A DNA stretch of 64,000 bases, taken from contig JBNZDD010013599.1 in NCBI GenBank assembly GCA_050575255.1, positions 825,321-889,320 of the forward strand. The letters run 5' to 3'. The notes under the pieces are model-generated. The model worked only from the letters and a program-made list of their open reading frames with translations. It was not told the DNA's origin and made no database searches. A program made the position numbers and the translations under genes. Of the stretch, positions 61,584-64,000 are shown in pieces (the stretch's first letter is position 1; every line of letters starts with the position of its first letter). The DNA comes from Harriotta raleighana (taxonomy: Eukaryota).

Positions 61584-63894
61584 CTTGATTTGTGGAACTC
61601 TGTGTCTCACAAGCGAGAGACCTGGGTTCTTCCAGTGGGTGGAGATGTTATTTGATACTCCGTTGATAAATGTGTTTCGTTTACCATAACTATAACTAGC
61701 CTGTTCCATGTCCTCTGCCCAATCCATTACACCACCAATGGCCAAGAATTCAGGCATTAGTCCTCCGGTTTTCTGGAACTCCACCNCTCTTGATTTGTGG
61801 AACTCTGTGTCTCACAAGCGAGAGACCTGGGTTCTTCCAGTGGGTGGAGATGTTATTTGATACTCCGTTGATAAATGTGTTTCGTTTACCATAACTATAA
61901 CTAGCCTGTTCCATGTCCTTTGCCCAATCCATTACACCACTAATGGCCATTAATTCAGGCATTAGTCCCCTGTTTTCTGGAACTCCATCCCCCCATGTAT
62001 GCTTGCTCTTCGCCCCCTCCCTGCTTACCCATAAAGATCTTTTCAACCTCACTTTTGGTCACCCTTTCCCCCCACATTGGCCTGTCAGTTAATTACATTT
62101 GTTTGCAATATTTTTTTTTTACTTGGTGACGTTTAATACCATTTGTTCTGAATCAACGCTGAAACATCATTACAAAATATACTCTCAGTTTTAATGTGTG
62201 AAAGTGTTGCTGTCGGTATCGTTATTGCAGAGAAGTGCTTTCTCTACATCATACTCCAGTTTCTGTCAATATACAGAACATGATGCCATTTTGGTAAGTA
62301 TGAATATCACATACAAAGTTCTAAATCTCACGTAGCTGTTACAAAACGNGTTTTAATGTGTGAAAGTGTTGCTGTCGGTATCGTTATTGCAGAGAAGTGT
62401 TTTCTCTACATCATACTCCAGTTACTGTCAATATACAGAACATGATGCCATTTTGGTAAGTATGAATATCACGTACAAAGTTCTAAATCTCACGTAGCTG
62501 TTACAAAACTTAGAACAAAACATGAAGCAAGTACGAGCTATCTTTTTATCAATCTACCACAGTGTGCTTTACCACACCCTTAGAAGCAGCTAGTGTGTGC
62601 CAATATCATATGCTCTACACACAAATGTGACTTGGAGTGGCTATAATTGATATTTAACTTTTATTATGTTCAAAATTATTCATCTGTTTGATATATTACA
62701 GAAGATCTCTCTGTGTGTGTGTATGTATATATATTGCTCAAAAATTCAGATAGTTTTTTTCAATTTAAAATTGTCACCTGCTATTTGGAAAATATCCAAT
62801 TACACCAACAGTTGGAGCATATTGTATTAAGCATGCATTTGTCTACTCCAGTATTTATATTATGTCCAAAATGGATTTTAAAAGTATCTAGAAGATGCAC
62901 TGGATGAGTTGTGCGCAGGCAATCAATACAAACCATATATTTTTGGTCTGTGTTCGACTAAGCGTCTGGCACTCAATCCATTAGTAGAGTAGAAGTTCCT
63001 TGTGTGGTTGGACAAATGTTTTCAAGAAGTCCTTCCTTCCTTTCTATGCATACAGGGCTATTACTTGTTTGTTCTATTCAGTTAATGTATTGCATCTATT
63101 GAATATCTGTTTCAAAAGAGATAATCCTGATTTGATATTTGTAGTCTCGAGGGCAGAAAAGCAGCCTCTTTCCAGAGAGCAGTAGAGACGTCTTTCTGTA
63201 ACTAAGATATGCCAGAGACTACAGAAAAAAAAACTACTCTCAAATTTGCCCAATAAATAACACTGAACATTCAGTTCAGTTTTTTTGGCTGAGTCAGCTC
63301 AGCTTCAGAATTAAATAGAGCAGGATCTGAACATGCTCAGTGATGCTGATAGTAACCACAATGAATGAAAGCACTAGTCTTTGTGATGTATTATTTTAAC
63401 ATGATATTATAGTAGTAACATCTCTCACAAACCATCAATTGAACTTCAGTATTTCAATTCATCATAAGGCCTTTCTTTCTGGGTTTAATCTTTCAGAAAT
63501 TCAGTCTCTATTTCCTTCAATTAAAACTCGCATGCATCTCCATTTCTCTCTGTAATTCCACACCACTGCAGCTCTGTTCTACCACTTCCCTGTTCTTGTG
63601 ACTTTAGTAATGTCTTGCATGTCCAGACGCCTCTGCGTCTGTTTTGCAATCAGATCACCATCTCACAGGCACATTGCTCAGCAGGTTAAATATACCTGTT
63701 TCAGTAACCACAGAAGTTTTGCATTATTACCCATATTCCCTTCTCTGGCTATGTACCATTCGCTGGCTAAGGGAATGCTTTCAAATCTAGACTAGAAAAA
63801 AACCTAGACTGTATATTTTTAAGCAATCCACATGTTGTGTCATTTTATTGCAATGTGGGTTTGTTGGCAGGACAAGTGGTTAATCACCATTTTG

Positions 63895-64000
63895 TTTGCC
63901 CCCGCCTATCTCTCTGACCTGCTGTCTCCCTATCAGCCTGCCCGCATCCTCCGTTCAGCAGACTCTGCCTGCTCTGCATCCACTGCCCTAACCCCCCAAC
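63895..64000 (+). mobile_element. L2-clade LINE ORF2 fragment, truncated by the window end
   Basis: Ends CTCTGCATCCACTGCCCTAACCCCCCAAC, matching the start of the family B copy at 44098. Confidence 0.65.

Overview
Vertebrate genomic DNA with compact multi-exon genes and dense L2/CR1 LINE and tRNA-derived SINE fragments. The repeat content suggests a cartilaginous fish such as a chimaera (inference, not verified). I built four protein-coding gene models by hand from splice sites and exon phase. They are a complete 7-exon PKDCC/VLK-family secreted tyrosine kinase (minus, 490 aa), a complete 8-exon ZNF839 (plus, about 1321 aa), a complete 5-exon CINP (minus, 215 aa), and the first 16 coding exons of TECPR2 (plus, running off the window). 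CINP and TECPR2 are head-to-head. An intact tRNA-Lys(CTT) gene lies just upstream of ZNF839. The ZNF839-CINP-TECPR2 order matches human 14q32.31, but human PKDCC is on 2p21, so this kinase is probably a second paralog. Other points of interest: a 26-bp CCAAT-box minisatellite in the CINP/TECPR2 promoter, a 1-kb (ACTG)n array, a TECPR2 exon that begins with a consensus 5' splice site, a possible GC-AG intron, and abutting convergent poly(A) signals. Several single-'n' joins flanked by duplicated sequence look like assembly artefacts. I found no convincing wholly new biological system; the leads are regulatory and evolutionary.
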